In this document: in pieces, positions 7,366 to 14,786 of the stretch
Numbering within the stretch: the first letter of the stretch is position 1
Layout: each line of letters starts with the position of its first letter
Program-made: the position numbers and the translations under genes
Source: a virus
Lineage: Duplodnaviria > Heunggongvirae > Uroviricota > Caudoviricetes
Direction: 5' to 3' (one strand)
IMG/VR virus record: IMGVR_UViG_3300029068_000023
DNA: 14,786 bases
The notes under the pieces: model-generated
Database searches by the model: none
Told to the model about the DNA's origin: nothing
The model's input: only the letters and a program-made list of their open reading frames with translations

Positions 7366-7813
7366 TTTTCCCCAGCCCGGTGAGATTTACCGTTCTGCCG
7401 GTTTTCCCGATGTGGCCGTGGTCGGCATTCTGGAAGACGGTATTCCGTGGGAAATGCCGTACCGCTGCCCGGAAATTGTCTGGAACCCGTACCGCCGTAA
7501 ATTCAGTATCCTTGTGCGTATCCTCGCTGACGGGCGCACCACAGACATCCCGCTGGGGCGTTTTCTGCGGGAATTTACCTGTGACCGTCCTGACCTGTTT
7601 AAACGCAGCCCCGTAAACCGGCATGCGGTACTGAAAGAAATGGCCGGAGACCCGGAATTACAGAAATGGCGGGAGAAATATCTGGATATTTACCCGCAGG
7701 ACCCTGTTCCGGTCAGCCGGGCGGCACCGGTGGCGCGGGAATGGCGGGAAATTCCCCGCACGGAGCCTGACCCGGAAATCACCCCGGATAACAGTTACCG
7801 CAATTATCTGTAA
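7358..7813 (+). CDS. P4 orf151-like protein (151 aa), function unknown
   Basis: 151 aa exactly; ATG 7358 overlaps the end of epsilon; position in the left operon upstream of alpha. Confidence 0.75.
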   Translation: MFDFPQPGEIYRSAGFPDVAVVGILEDGIPWEMPYRCPEIVWNPYRRKFSILVRILADGRTTDIPLGRFLREFTCDRPDLFKRSPVNRHAVLKEMAGDPELQKWREKYLDIYPQDPVPVSRAAPVAREWREIPRTEPDPEITPDNSYRNYL

Positions 7814-7948
7814 TTAAAAAACGACACCCGAAAAATTAAATGTGCGTATTCGCGCAGGGATACGCACGTCTTCAGGAGACGCAGATATGCCTTATCAGTT
7901 AATGCAACCGGCACGGAATGCAGTCATCTGTCACAGGGAGGAAAGCAA

Positions 7949-8269
7949 ATGAAAACACCCTTACCGCCCGTCTTACGCGCAGCCCTTTACCGTCGTGCTG
8001 TCGCCTGTGCCTGGCTGACCGTGTGCGAACGTCAGCACCGCTACCCGCATCTCACCCTTGAATCACTGGAGGCGGCCATCGCCGCTGAGCTGGAAGGCTT
8101 TTATCTGCGCCAGCACGGTGAGGAAAAAGGGCGTCAGATAGCCTGTGCCCTGCTGGAAGATTTAATGGAATCCGGCCCCCTGAAGGCCGCGCCGTCGCTG
8201 TCCTTTCTCGGGCTGGTTGTGATGGATGAACTCTGTGCCCGTCACATAAAAGCGCCGGTACTGCACTGA
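7949..8269 (+). CDS. Hypothetical protein (106 aa) between orf151 and alpha
   Basis: Strong RBS gggagg 8 nt upstream of ATG 7949; stop 15 nt before the alpha start. I cannot confirm from memory whether P4 has an equivalent ORF here. Confidence 0.6.
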
Positions 8270-8283
8270 AGGAGAACAACACC

Positions 8284-10617
8284 ATGAAAATGAACGTAAC
8301 CGCCACCGTCAGCCATGCGCTCGGCCACTGGCCGCGTATTCTCCCGGCGCTGGGGATTCAGGTGCTGAAAAACCGTCATCAGCCCTGTCCGGTCTGTGGC
8401 GGGAGTGACCGCTTCCGTTTTGATGACAGGGAGGGGCGCGGCACCTGGTACTGCAATCAGTGTGGTGCCGGTGACGGCCTGAAACTGGTTGAAAAGGTGT
8501 TTGGTGTTTCCCCGTCCGACGCGGCCGCAAAGGTGGCTGCCGTGACCGGCAGCCTGCCCCCGGCTGACCCGGCAGTGACGGCTGCCGCCGGTGCTGAAAC
8601 AGACGCCGCCCGGAAGAACGCCGCCGCACTGGCACAAACCCTGATGGCGAAAACCCGTCCCGGAACCGGTAACGCCTACCTGACCCGCAAGGGCTTTCCC
8701 GGCCGGGAATGCCGGATGCTGACCGGCACACACAGAGCCGGTGGCGTGAGCTGGCGCGCCGGTGACCTTGTGGTGCCACTGTATGACGACAGCGGCGAAC
8801 TGGTTAACCTTCAGTTAATCAGTGCTGACGGCCGTAAGCGCACCCTGAAAGGCGGACAGGTCAGGGGCACCTGTCACACCCTTGAAGGACAGAATCAGGC
8901 CGGAAAACGTCTGTGGATAGCGGAGGGATACGCGACCGCACTTACCGTGCATCACCTGACCGGTGAAACGGTGATGGTGGCGCTTTCTTCCGTGAACCTC
9001 CTTTCTCTGGCCAGCCTTGCCCGGCAGAAGCACCCCGCCTGTCAGATTGTCCTTGCCGCTGACCGTGACCTCAGCGGTGACGGCCAGAAAAAAGCCGCCG
9101 CAGCCGCAGATGCGTGTGAAGGTGTTGTTGCCCTGCCGCCGGTCTTCGGTGACTGGAATGATGCCTTCACGCAGTACGGCGGGGAAGCCACCCGTAAGGC
9201 CATTTATGATGCCATCCGGCCACCGGCTGAAAGCCCGTTCGACACCATGAGCGAAGCGGAGTTTTCCGCCATGAGTACGAGCGAAAAGGCCATGCGTATC
9301 TATGAGCATTACGGCGAGGCGCTCGCGGTCGATGCCAACGGCCAGCTTCTGTCCCGTTATGAAAATGGTGTCTGGAAGGTGCTGCCACCACAGGACTTTG
9401 CCCGGGATGTGGCCGGGCTGTTTCAGCGGCTACGCGCGCCGTTCTCCTCCGGGAAGGTGGCCTCCGTGGTGGACACCCTGAAGCTGATTATTCCGCAGCA
9501 GGAAGCCCCCTCCCGCCGCCTGATTGGCTTTCGTAACGGCGTGCTCGACACGCAGAACGGCACGTTCCACCCGCACAGTCCGTCACACTGGATGCGCACC
9601 CTGTGCGATGTGGATTTCACCCCGCCGGTGGACGGTGAAACGCTGGAAACCCACGCTCCCGCGTTCTGGCGCTGGCTTGACCGTGCTGCCGGTGGTCGTG
9701 CGGAAAAACGCGACGTGATTCTGGCCGCACTGTTTATGGTGCTGGCAAACCGCTACGACTGGCAGCTCTTTCTGGAGGTGACCGGTCCCGGCGGCAGCGG
9801 CAAAAGTATCATGGCCGAAATAGCCACCCTGCTGGCCGGGGAGGATAACGCCACGTCGGCCACCATTGAGACGCTGGAATCCCCGCGTGAACGTGCCGCG
9901 TTAACTGGCTTCTCACTGATACGCCTGCCGGACCAGGAAAAATGGAGCGGCGACGGAGCCGGACTCAAGGCCATCACCGGCGGCGATGCGGTGTCCGTTG
10001 ACCCGAAATACCGGGATGCGTACTCCACGCACATCCCGGCGGTGATTCTGGCCGTGAACAATAACCCGATGCGCTTCACCGACCGCAGCGGCGGCGTGTC
10101 ACGCCGGCGGGTGATTATTCACTTCCCGGAACAGATAGCCCCGCAGGAGCGCGACCCGCAGCTTAAGGACAAAATCACCCGCGAGCTGGCGGTCATCGTG
10201 CGTCACCTGATGCAGAAGTTCAGCGACCCGATGCTCGCCCGGTCACTGCTTCAGTCCCAGCAGAACTCAGACGAGGCACTGAACATCAAACGGGATGCCG
10301 ACCCGACGTTTGATTTTATCGGCTATCTGGAAACCCTGCCGCAGACCAGCGGCATGTATATGGGGAACGCCAGTATCATCCCGCGTAATTACCGTAAATA
10401 CCTCTATCACGCCTATCTGGCCTACATGGAGGCAAACGGCTACCGGAATGTACTCAGTCTGAAAATGTTCGGGCTGGGGCTGCCGGTGATGCTGAAGGAA
10501 TACGGACTGAATTACGAGAAGCGCCATACCAAACAGGGGATACAGACCAACCTGACGCTGAAAGAGGAAAGCTACGGCGACTGGCTGCCAAAATGTGATG
10601 ACCCTGCAACAGCCTGA
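8284..10617 (+). CDS. alpha: Alpha, bifunctional primase-helicase replication protein (zinc-binding primase + superfamily-3 helicase + C-terminal origin-binding domain)
   Basis: 777 aa (P4 alpha length). N-terminal zinc motif CPVCGGSDRFRFDD...WYCNQCG, TOPRIM-like primase region, Walker A GPGGSGKS (near 9786-9809); SD aaggag upstream of ATG 8284. Confidence 0.95.
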   Translation: MKMNVTATVSHALGHWPRILPALGIQVLKNRHQPCPVCGGSDRFRFDDREGRGTWYCNQCGAGDGLKLVEKVFGVSPSDAAAKVAAVTGSLPPADPAVTAAAGAETDAARKNAAALAQTLMAKTRPGTGNAYLTRKGFPGRECRMLTGTHRAGGVSWRAGDLVVPLYDDSGELVNLQLISADGRKRTLKGGQVRGTCHTLEGQNQAGKRLWIAEGYATALTVHHLTGETVMVALSSVNLLSLASLARQKHPACQIVLAADRDLSGDGQKKAAAAADACEGVVALPPVFGDWNDAFTQYGGEATRKAIYDAIRPPAESPFDTMSEAEFSAMSTSEKAMRIYEHYGEALAVDANGQLLSRYENGVWKVLPPQDFARDVAGLFQRLRAPFSSGKVASVVDTLKLIIPQQEAPSRRLIGFRNGVLDTQNGTFHPHSPSHWMRTLCDVDFTPPVDGETLETHAPAFWRWLDRAAGGRAEKRDVILAALFMVLANRYDWQLFLEVTGPGGSGKSIMAEIATLLAGEDNATSATIETLESPRERAALTGFSLIRLPDQEKWSGDGAGLKAITGGDAVSVDPKYRDAYSTHIPAVILAVNNNPMRFTDRSGGVSRRRVIIHFPEQIAPQERDPQLKDKITRELAVIVRHLMQKFSDPMLARSLLQSQQNSDEALNIKRDADPTFDFIGYLETLPQTSGMYMGNASIIPRNYRKYLYHAYLAYMEANGYRNVLSLKMFGLGLPVMLKEYGLNYEKRHTKQGIQTNLTLKEESYGDWLPKCDDPATA

Positions 10618-10624
10618 CCCACCT

Positions 10625-10649
10625 GACCGGCATCTGCCGGTCTTTTTTT
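10625..10649 (+). terminator. Rho-independent terminator after alpha
   Basis: gaccggca (10625-10632) / tgccggtc (10635-10642) followed by T7 (10643-10649), immediately after the alpha stop (10615-10617). Confidence 0.6.
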
Positions 10650-10667
10650 ATCCCGACATCCCCCGAA

Positions 10668-10762
10668 GGTGAACAATCCACTGTTCACCCTTCACCGTAT
10701 ATTCACCCGTTATCACACTGAAATTAAAAGAGAAAAACGAAAGGTGAACAGTGTGAACAATC
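10668..10762. repeat. crr-like direct repeat 1 (cis replication region) containing TGTTCACC/GGTGAACA iterons
   Basis: ggtgaaca 10668-10675, tgttcacc 10682-10689, ggtgaaca 10743-10750, gtgtgaaca 10751-10759; about 85% identical by eye to the repeat at 10850-10944, with 182-bp periodicity; followed by an A9/T6 tract. Confidence 0.7.
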
Positions 10763-10849
10763 AAATCAAAAAAAAACTTTTTTCTCCCTGTGCGATTTTC
10801 AGTGCAGGGAATTAATCACCGGTATGAGTCACACCGGCAGAATGCCGGA

Positions 10850-10944
10850 GGTGAAGAATCGAATGTTCACCCTTCACCCATTATTCACCACCTATCATAC
10901 TGAAATAAAATGAGAAAAAAGAAAGGTGAACAGTGTGAACAGTT
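10850..10944. repeat. crr-like direct repeat 2
   Basis: ggtgaaga 10850-10857, tgttcacc 10864-10871, ggtgaaca 10925-10932, gtgtgaaca about 10933-10941; followed by an A8/T7 tract (about 10952-10966). Confidence 0.7.
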
Positions 10945-11028
10945 CTTCCGAAAAAAAATTTTTTTCCTGTACGATATAGCATCAATCCAAGTAAAAATGC
11001 GCTTTCATTTCACATTAACTTACAGCCA

Positions 11029-11051
11029 TTGGTATACGATTAGGTATACGC
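11029..11051. repeat. Right-end copy of the GGTATAC arm-type repeat pair
   Basis: ttggtatacgattaggtatacgc, with ggtatac at 11031-11037 and 11043-11049 (same 12-bp spacing as 207-213/219-225); 20 of 23 positions identical to 205-227. Confidence 0.5.
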
Positions 11052-11103
11052 ACAAAAACTGAATTAAACAAAATCATTAAAAATCAAAGCAATACAGTAG
11101 TTA

Positions 11104-11120
11104 TTCAAACTCCGCCAGCC
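11104..11120 (+). other. Candidate attR core: degenerate direct repeat of the ssrA 3' end
   Basis: ttcaaactccgccagcc (11104-11120) versus ssrA ttcaactcccgccagct (70-86): same orientation, matching blocks ttcaa / ctcc / gccagc with one indel pair. Located about 55 bp beyond the right arm-type repeats. Confidence 0.35.
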
Positions 11121-11251
11121 AATCATGATTGGACGGTGTAAGGACAACACCAACAAAAACAGGAAGTTAGAAGTCTCAGCAAAACACCGACCAGACGGTG
11201 AGGAGACATAAAAGGATACGCAAAGGAGCCGCGGCTCCTGATAACATGAAA

Positions 11252-11272
11252 GCCCACAGATGTGGGCTTTTT
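11252..11272. terminator. Stem-loop terminator downstream of the autotransporter gene (T-run on plus strand)
   Basis: gcccaca (11252-11258) / tgtgggc (11261-11267) plus T5 (11268-11272); a second palindrome ggagccgcggctcc lies at 11224-11237. Confidence 0.5.
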
Positions 11273-11281
11273 CGTTGATGG

Positions 11282-14200
11282 TCAGAACGACCAGTTCACA
11301 CCAGCTACCGCGTTCCACGGGGATTCCACACCGGCACTATGGCTATACCCCACCCCAAGATGCCCGCTTAACGTACTGCTGAATGAGGCTTTAATACCTG
11401 CCTGGTATATTCCACGTCTGCCCGACAAATAATTGACGAAATTACCGTCACTATTCACTTTCACCCGGTTATCATCGACAAATTCTTTGCGCACAGCCGC
11501 CTTCAGCCACGGCTCAACTTCCATACCGTTCCCCAGACGCATGTTGTAACTCAGCGTTGCGCCCAGTTCACGATATATACTGCGGGTATCGACTGATTTC
11601 GATTTCATGCCATTGGATAAATGATATTCGGGGTTATCAGCGGTGAACCCCGTTAACGATGCATACGGCGTCAGGTTCCAGTTACCATCGGTAAATCGCA
11701 TCCCGGTTTCAATGTGACCGCCCAGCCCGTTGCTGTGGTAACTGCCATTGGCGGCTCCACCGCTGCTCATTTTACCTGCTACGTTACTTTTAAAACGGTT
11801 CAGCTTCACGACACCGTCCAGATAGAAACCACTTTCATGTTCCCAACTGGCATAGCCGCCCAGAGAATAACTGCCCACACTGCCATGTCCTCCGCGATCA
11901 AAACCGATATGTGAATGGGAATAGCCCATAAAAGCGCCTAGCGTGGTAATTCCTTCAGGAATATCATTACGGCTGTCGATCCCCACTGTCATTCCGGTCA
12001 GCGTCTGCTCAAACCCGGCACCCGCATCGGTGGTGACATTATTACGGGTGTTATACGTCGCCCCCCAGACATTATTGTTGTGTGGACTCGCTTTCATTAT
12101 GTTCAACCGCTCGCGAATACTGTTTAGCTCAGCATCAAATACCAACGGTAATGTTGCTGCCATATTGAGTACGGCTGGCGTAGAAGGCGTAATGCGTTTC
12201 TCCGGAACGGGTGTCGGCGTTGGATCGGGAGTAGGGTCTGGTTTTGGATTTGGGTCTGGCTTTGGATCGGGTTTTGGGTCTGGCTTTGGATTTGGGATGG
12301 GGTCCGGGTTGGGTTTGACATCATTGGTCAGGTTCCAGTTGCTGTTGCCGTCACTTTTCAGGACATACTCATAGGTCCCAAGATCAACGAAACCGCCGGT
12401 ATTGCCCAGCGTAAACGAAGCATCCCCTCCCCCTGTTTTCACCAGCGTCATCGCGTCGTCAGACTGTGGGCTGACGCCGGTATCCTGAACAAAGATTTTA
12501 AAATTACCAGTGGCGTTGTTGTTGACGACCAGTTGATCGCCCCGGGAGCCTGCAACGTTGGTATGCAGGTAGAAATTACCGCTACCGGAAAGTTCATTGG
12601 TTGTCAGCGTATTGTAGATACCGTTAGTTGTGGCAGGCGCTGCTGTTTGTGCTGACAAATAAACATCACCGTCGTTGAGTAGCAAACTGTTTACTCTATA
12701 TTCGCAGTTGCTGGTACCTGCACAGGAATTATTGCTGTTAAGCCAGACACTGCCCCGGCTGGCAGCCGTCAGGTCGGCAAGCGTGGTATCGACGCCATTT
12801 CCCAGAGTCAATGTCGCGCTATCGGTAATCCGGACCGCCCCTTCGAGTTTAACTGGCGTAACATTATCCCGTGGCGTCATTAACGACAGGCTTCCTGTCG
12901 CGCCACTGACCGATGCATCCGCCAGCGTACCTGCGTAGACGATTGCCGTACCGCCAGCGACCTGGAGATCTTCTGCCCGGGCCAGAGCCTGAAACTCATC
13001 TTTTGACCGCCCAAGGGTATATTGCCCGCCAGAGTTAACCTTTGTGGCGGAGTCCTGACCCAGGTTTTGCATTGCCCCACCCTTGCCAACCGTGGAGTCG
13101 CGAGCTTCGGTACCTGCTAATACCAATAAATTACCGCCATTTTCCAGCAACATATTGGTCGCTAAATTGCCGGAAATGGAAAAAGTACCGTACTGGTGAG
13201 TACCGCTGATTTCAATACCGTTAGCCGTGCTCGTCTGGAGAGCGGCACCGCTGTTCTGGACGATATCTGTCGCTTTGCCATTATCGTTGACTGTCAGCGT
13301 ACCGCCTTCATTGATCTTTGTTTTTATTGCCTCTCCGTTAGCTGAAACTGTTTGTATTCCGCCGTCGTTAATTGTTGTCTCATTCGCCACACCCTCGACA
13401 ATTTGTTCACCGCCGGTGAGCGTCGTGCCTGTCGCAGTGGCTTTTGTTTTGACGATCTCCCGTCCGCCCATATTGACCTGTGTTTTGTCAGAAGAGGTGT
13501 CTGACTCCACGGTTAACACGCCGCCATTTGCCAGCAGGATATTGTTCGCCGCACCCTGCTCGATGCTGAACGCGACGCCATCCGCGCGTGTTCCTGTGAC
13601 CCGCGTCGCCCTGGTGGTTGCAACCAAAGCGCCCTGGCTACTCTGCTGTATCCCCGTTGCGCTGCCTTTCTCCCGCACATCGAGTGTGCCGCCGTCATTA
13701 AGCACCGAGTTTTCAGCCAGACCGCCCTCATTAACTACCTGTGAACCCCCATTAATAATGGAACCTTCCGCTGTCCCGTTTGCCATAATTTGTTGTAGGC
13801 CAGAGACGATATCGGTATTGATTGCCTTACCATAATTCTGAACGGTTTGCGTGCCACCATTGATGTGTGTTTTCTCTGTTGACCCACCATCAACAATTTG
13901 TTCACCACTTTCGATATTTGCTTCAGTGGCTAAACCATATACCGTTTGCTTGCCACCTTTGATATTTGCTTTATCAGAAGTGGCACTGGCATATATTGTT
14001 TGGGTGCCAGCACTATTGAGTACAGTGCCAACATCTTTTCCATAAACATCCATTTTGCCGTTGGCATTAATAATCGTGTCAACTGCGCGGGAACCAGTGA
14101 CGACTGTTAATGAGCCAGCGTTTTCCAGCACTACATTTTTAGCTTCTGAATTCCTGATGTAGAAAGCATCACCATAACTGTTGGTTCCTTCGATAAGTGT

Positions 14201-14755
14201 TCCGGAGGTCGTGGAAGCAATTAATGCGCCGCCGGATTGTTGCTCAACATGCTTAGCCTCACCACCGTCCTGAACCTCCAGAACGCCGCCATTATTAAGT
14301 CTGGTGCTATCTGTTTTAGCCTCCTTCTGGACAATCAGCTTACCGCCAGTATCAATGGTAGTATTTTTCGCCGAGGTTTTAGCCACTACCGTCAGTTCGC
14401 CGGTATTTTCCAGCACAACATAGTTAGCCTCCCCTCCGGTAATAGTGAAGTGAGAGAGCTTGTTGTATCCTTCGATATCAGTCCCTGCACCCGTGTTGGC
14501 AACTAAAGCACTGCCCGTCTCCTGGTTAACCCCATGTGCAATACCGCCGGTATAGACAATCAGCGAGCCTCCGGCGCTAATATTGCTGCCAATTGCCGTA
14601 CCATCTTTCTCAACAACCTGCCGGCTCCCGGAGGATATAATTGTTGTGTCAGCTTTCCCGCCGCTTTTGATATTTTGCGTTCCGCTGTTGATATTGGTGC
14701 GGCTTTGTTGAATAAATAAGATTTCGTGCGAACGACCCTGTAGCTGGCTGGATTT
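11282..14755 (-). CDS. Autotransporter (type Va) adhesin-like protein: beta-helical passenger, proline-rich linker, C-terminal beta-barrel; N-terminus not resolved in the window
   Basis: C-terminus ends ...AGVNWSF (aromatic terminal residue typical of outer-membrane beta-barrels); linker PNPDPIPNPKPDPKPDPKPDPNPKPDPTPDPTP; passenger has repeated Gly-rich beta-helix motifs. By my translation the frame is open from 14755 to 11282 (the ORF track starts it at GTG 14416), with an in-frame TGA at 14756-14758. Position next to the ssrA island resembles ypjA of E. coli K-12, not confirmed. Confidence 0.8.
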   Translation of the reverse strand, partial: KSSQLQGRSHEILFIQQSRTNINSGTQNIKSGGKADTTIISSGSRQVVEKDGTAIGSNISAGGSLIVYTGGIAHGVNQETGSALVANTGAGTDIEGYNKLSHFTITGGEANYVVLENTGELTVVAKTSAKNTTIDTGGKLIVQKEAKTDSTRLNNGGVLEVQDGGEAKHVEQQSGGALIASTTSGTLIEGTNSYGDAFYIRNSEAKNVVLENAGSLTVVTGSRAVDTIINANGKMDVYGKDVGTVLNSAGTQTIYASATSDKANIKGGKQTVYGLATEANIESGEQIVDGGSTEKTHINGGTQTVQNYGKAINTDIVSGLQQIMANGTAEGSIINGGSQVVNEGGLAENSVLNDGGTLDVREKGSATGIQQSSQGALVATTRATRVTGTRADGVAFSIEQGAANNILLANGGVLTVESDTSSDKTQVNMGGREIVKTKATATGTTLTGGEQIVEGVANETTINDGGIQTVSANGEAIKTKINEGGTLTVNDNGKATDIVQNSGAALQTSTANGIEISGTHQYGTFSISGNLATNMLLENGGNLLVLAGTEARDSTVGKGGAMQNLGQDSATKVNSGGQYTLGRSKDEFQALARAEDLQVAGGTAIVYAGTLADASVSGATGSLSLMTPRDNVTPVKLEGAVRITDSATLTLGNGVDTTLADLTAASRGSVWLNSNNSCAGTSNCEYRVNSLLLNDGDVYLSAQTAAPATTNGIYNTLTTNELSGSGNFYLHTNVAGSRGDQLVVNNNATGNFKIFVQDTGVSPQSDDAMTLVKTGGGDASFTLGNTGGFVDLGTYEYVLKSDGNSNWNLTNDVKPNPDPIPNPKPDPKPDPKPDPNPKPDPTPDPTPTPVPEKRITPSTPAVLNMAATLPLVFDAELNSIRERLNIMKASPHNNNVWGATYNTRNNVTTDAGAGFEQTLTGMTVGIDSRNDIPEGITTLGAFMGYSHSHIGFDRGGHGSVGSYSLGGYASWEHESGFYLDGVVKLNRFKSNVAGKMSSGGAANGSYHSNGLGGHIETGMRFTDGNWNLTPYASLTGFTADNPEYHLSNGMKSKSVDTRSIYRELGATLSYNMRLGNGMEVEPWLKAAVRKEFVDDNRVKVNSDGNFVNYLSGRRGIYQAGIKASFSSTLSGHLGVGYSHSAGVESPWNAVAGVNWSF
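12205..12315 (-). repeat. Short tandem repeat encoding the Pro-Asp-Pro-Lys linker of the autotransporter
   Basis: Tandem units of ggatttgggtct / ggctttggatcg type on the plus strand, giving the PNPKPDPKPDP repeats on the minus strand. Confidence 0.6.
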
Positions 14756-14786
14756 TCAGGCAATACGCACGCTTTCTGGCATCCCA

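Larger units (their letters stand above)
70..11120. mobile_element. P4-like satellite prophage integrated at the 3' end of ssrA (about 11 kb, apparently complete)
   Basis: Ordered set of P4 hallmarks: integrase, cos 19-mer, psu/delta/sid, vis, epsilon, orf151, alpha, TGTTCACC iterons and crr repeats. Several ORF lengths equal those I recall for P4 (Psu 190, Delta 166, Sid 244, Vis 88, Epsilon 95, orf151 151, Alpha 777 aa). Left boundary is the att core inside the ssrA 3' end; right boundary is a degenerate copy at 11104-11120. Exact boundaries are uncertain. Confidence 0.8.

Noticed and set aside
8242-10681. Several minus-strand ORFs (65-164 aa) inside the alpha region
   Set aside because: All are antisense to the strongly supported 777-aa alpha gene in GC-rich sequence; typical shadow ORFs.
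10668-10944. Possibility that the repeated units are a CRISPR array
   Set aside because: Only two copies, each about 95 bp with internal octamer iterons and no short uniform repeat-spacer structure; they fit P4 crr replication repeats instead.
11943-13835. Plus-strand ORFs of 143, 87 and 202 aa, including a Gly/Ser/Phe-rich one
   Set aside because: Antisense to the autotransporter gene; the Gly-rich peptide is just the reverse-strand reading of the Pro-rich linker repeat.
14534-14763. Plus-strand 61-aa and minus-strand 67-aa ORFs near the window end
   Set aside because: They overlap the passenger-coding frame of the autotransporter and show no RBS or protein-like features; more likely out-of-frame artefacts.

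Overview
This window reads as an enterobacterial (E. coli-type) ssrA/tmRNA integration locus carrying an apparently complete P4-like satellite prophage of about 11 kb, followed by a host autotransporter adhesin gene. All calls are from reading the sequence and recall of phage P4 biology; no database search, alignment or folding was run. Left to right: 3' end of ssrA (1-92) and its terminator; a P4-family tyrosine integrase (277-1500); an AT-rich two-gene cargo of unrecognised function (1544-3302); the P2/P4 cos 19-mer (3610-3628); the psu-delta-sid operon on the minus strand (3793-5670); divergent late promoters with TGT-N12-ACA Delta/Ogr sites flanking a cluster of TGTTCACC iterons (ori1-like, 5840-5943); vis (6223-6489); a structured immunity-like region; epsilon, orf151, a 106-aa ORF and the 777-aa alpha primase-helicase (8284-10617); two about 96-bp crr-like direct repeats; a degenerate copy of the ssrA 3' end (candidate attR, 11104-11120); then a large minus-strand autotransporter (11282-14755, N-terminus unresolved). 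The main lead is the cargo at 1544-3302: it sits in the int-cos/psu slot where P4-family satellites carry variable anti-phage systems, is clearly foreign in composition, and matches no defence family I can recognise by eye, so it is a candidate new defence or superinfection-exclusion module. No CRISPR array, rRNA or tRNA other than the ssrA fragment was seen.
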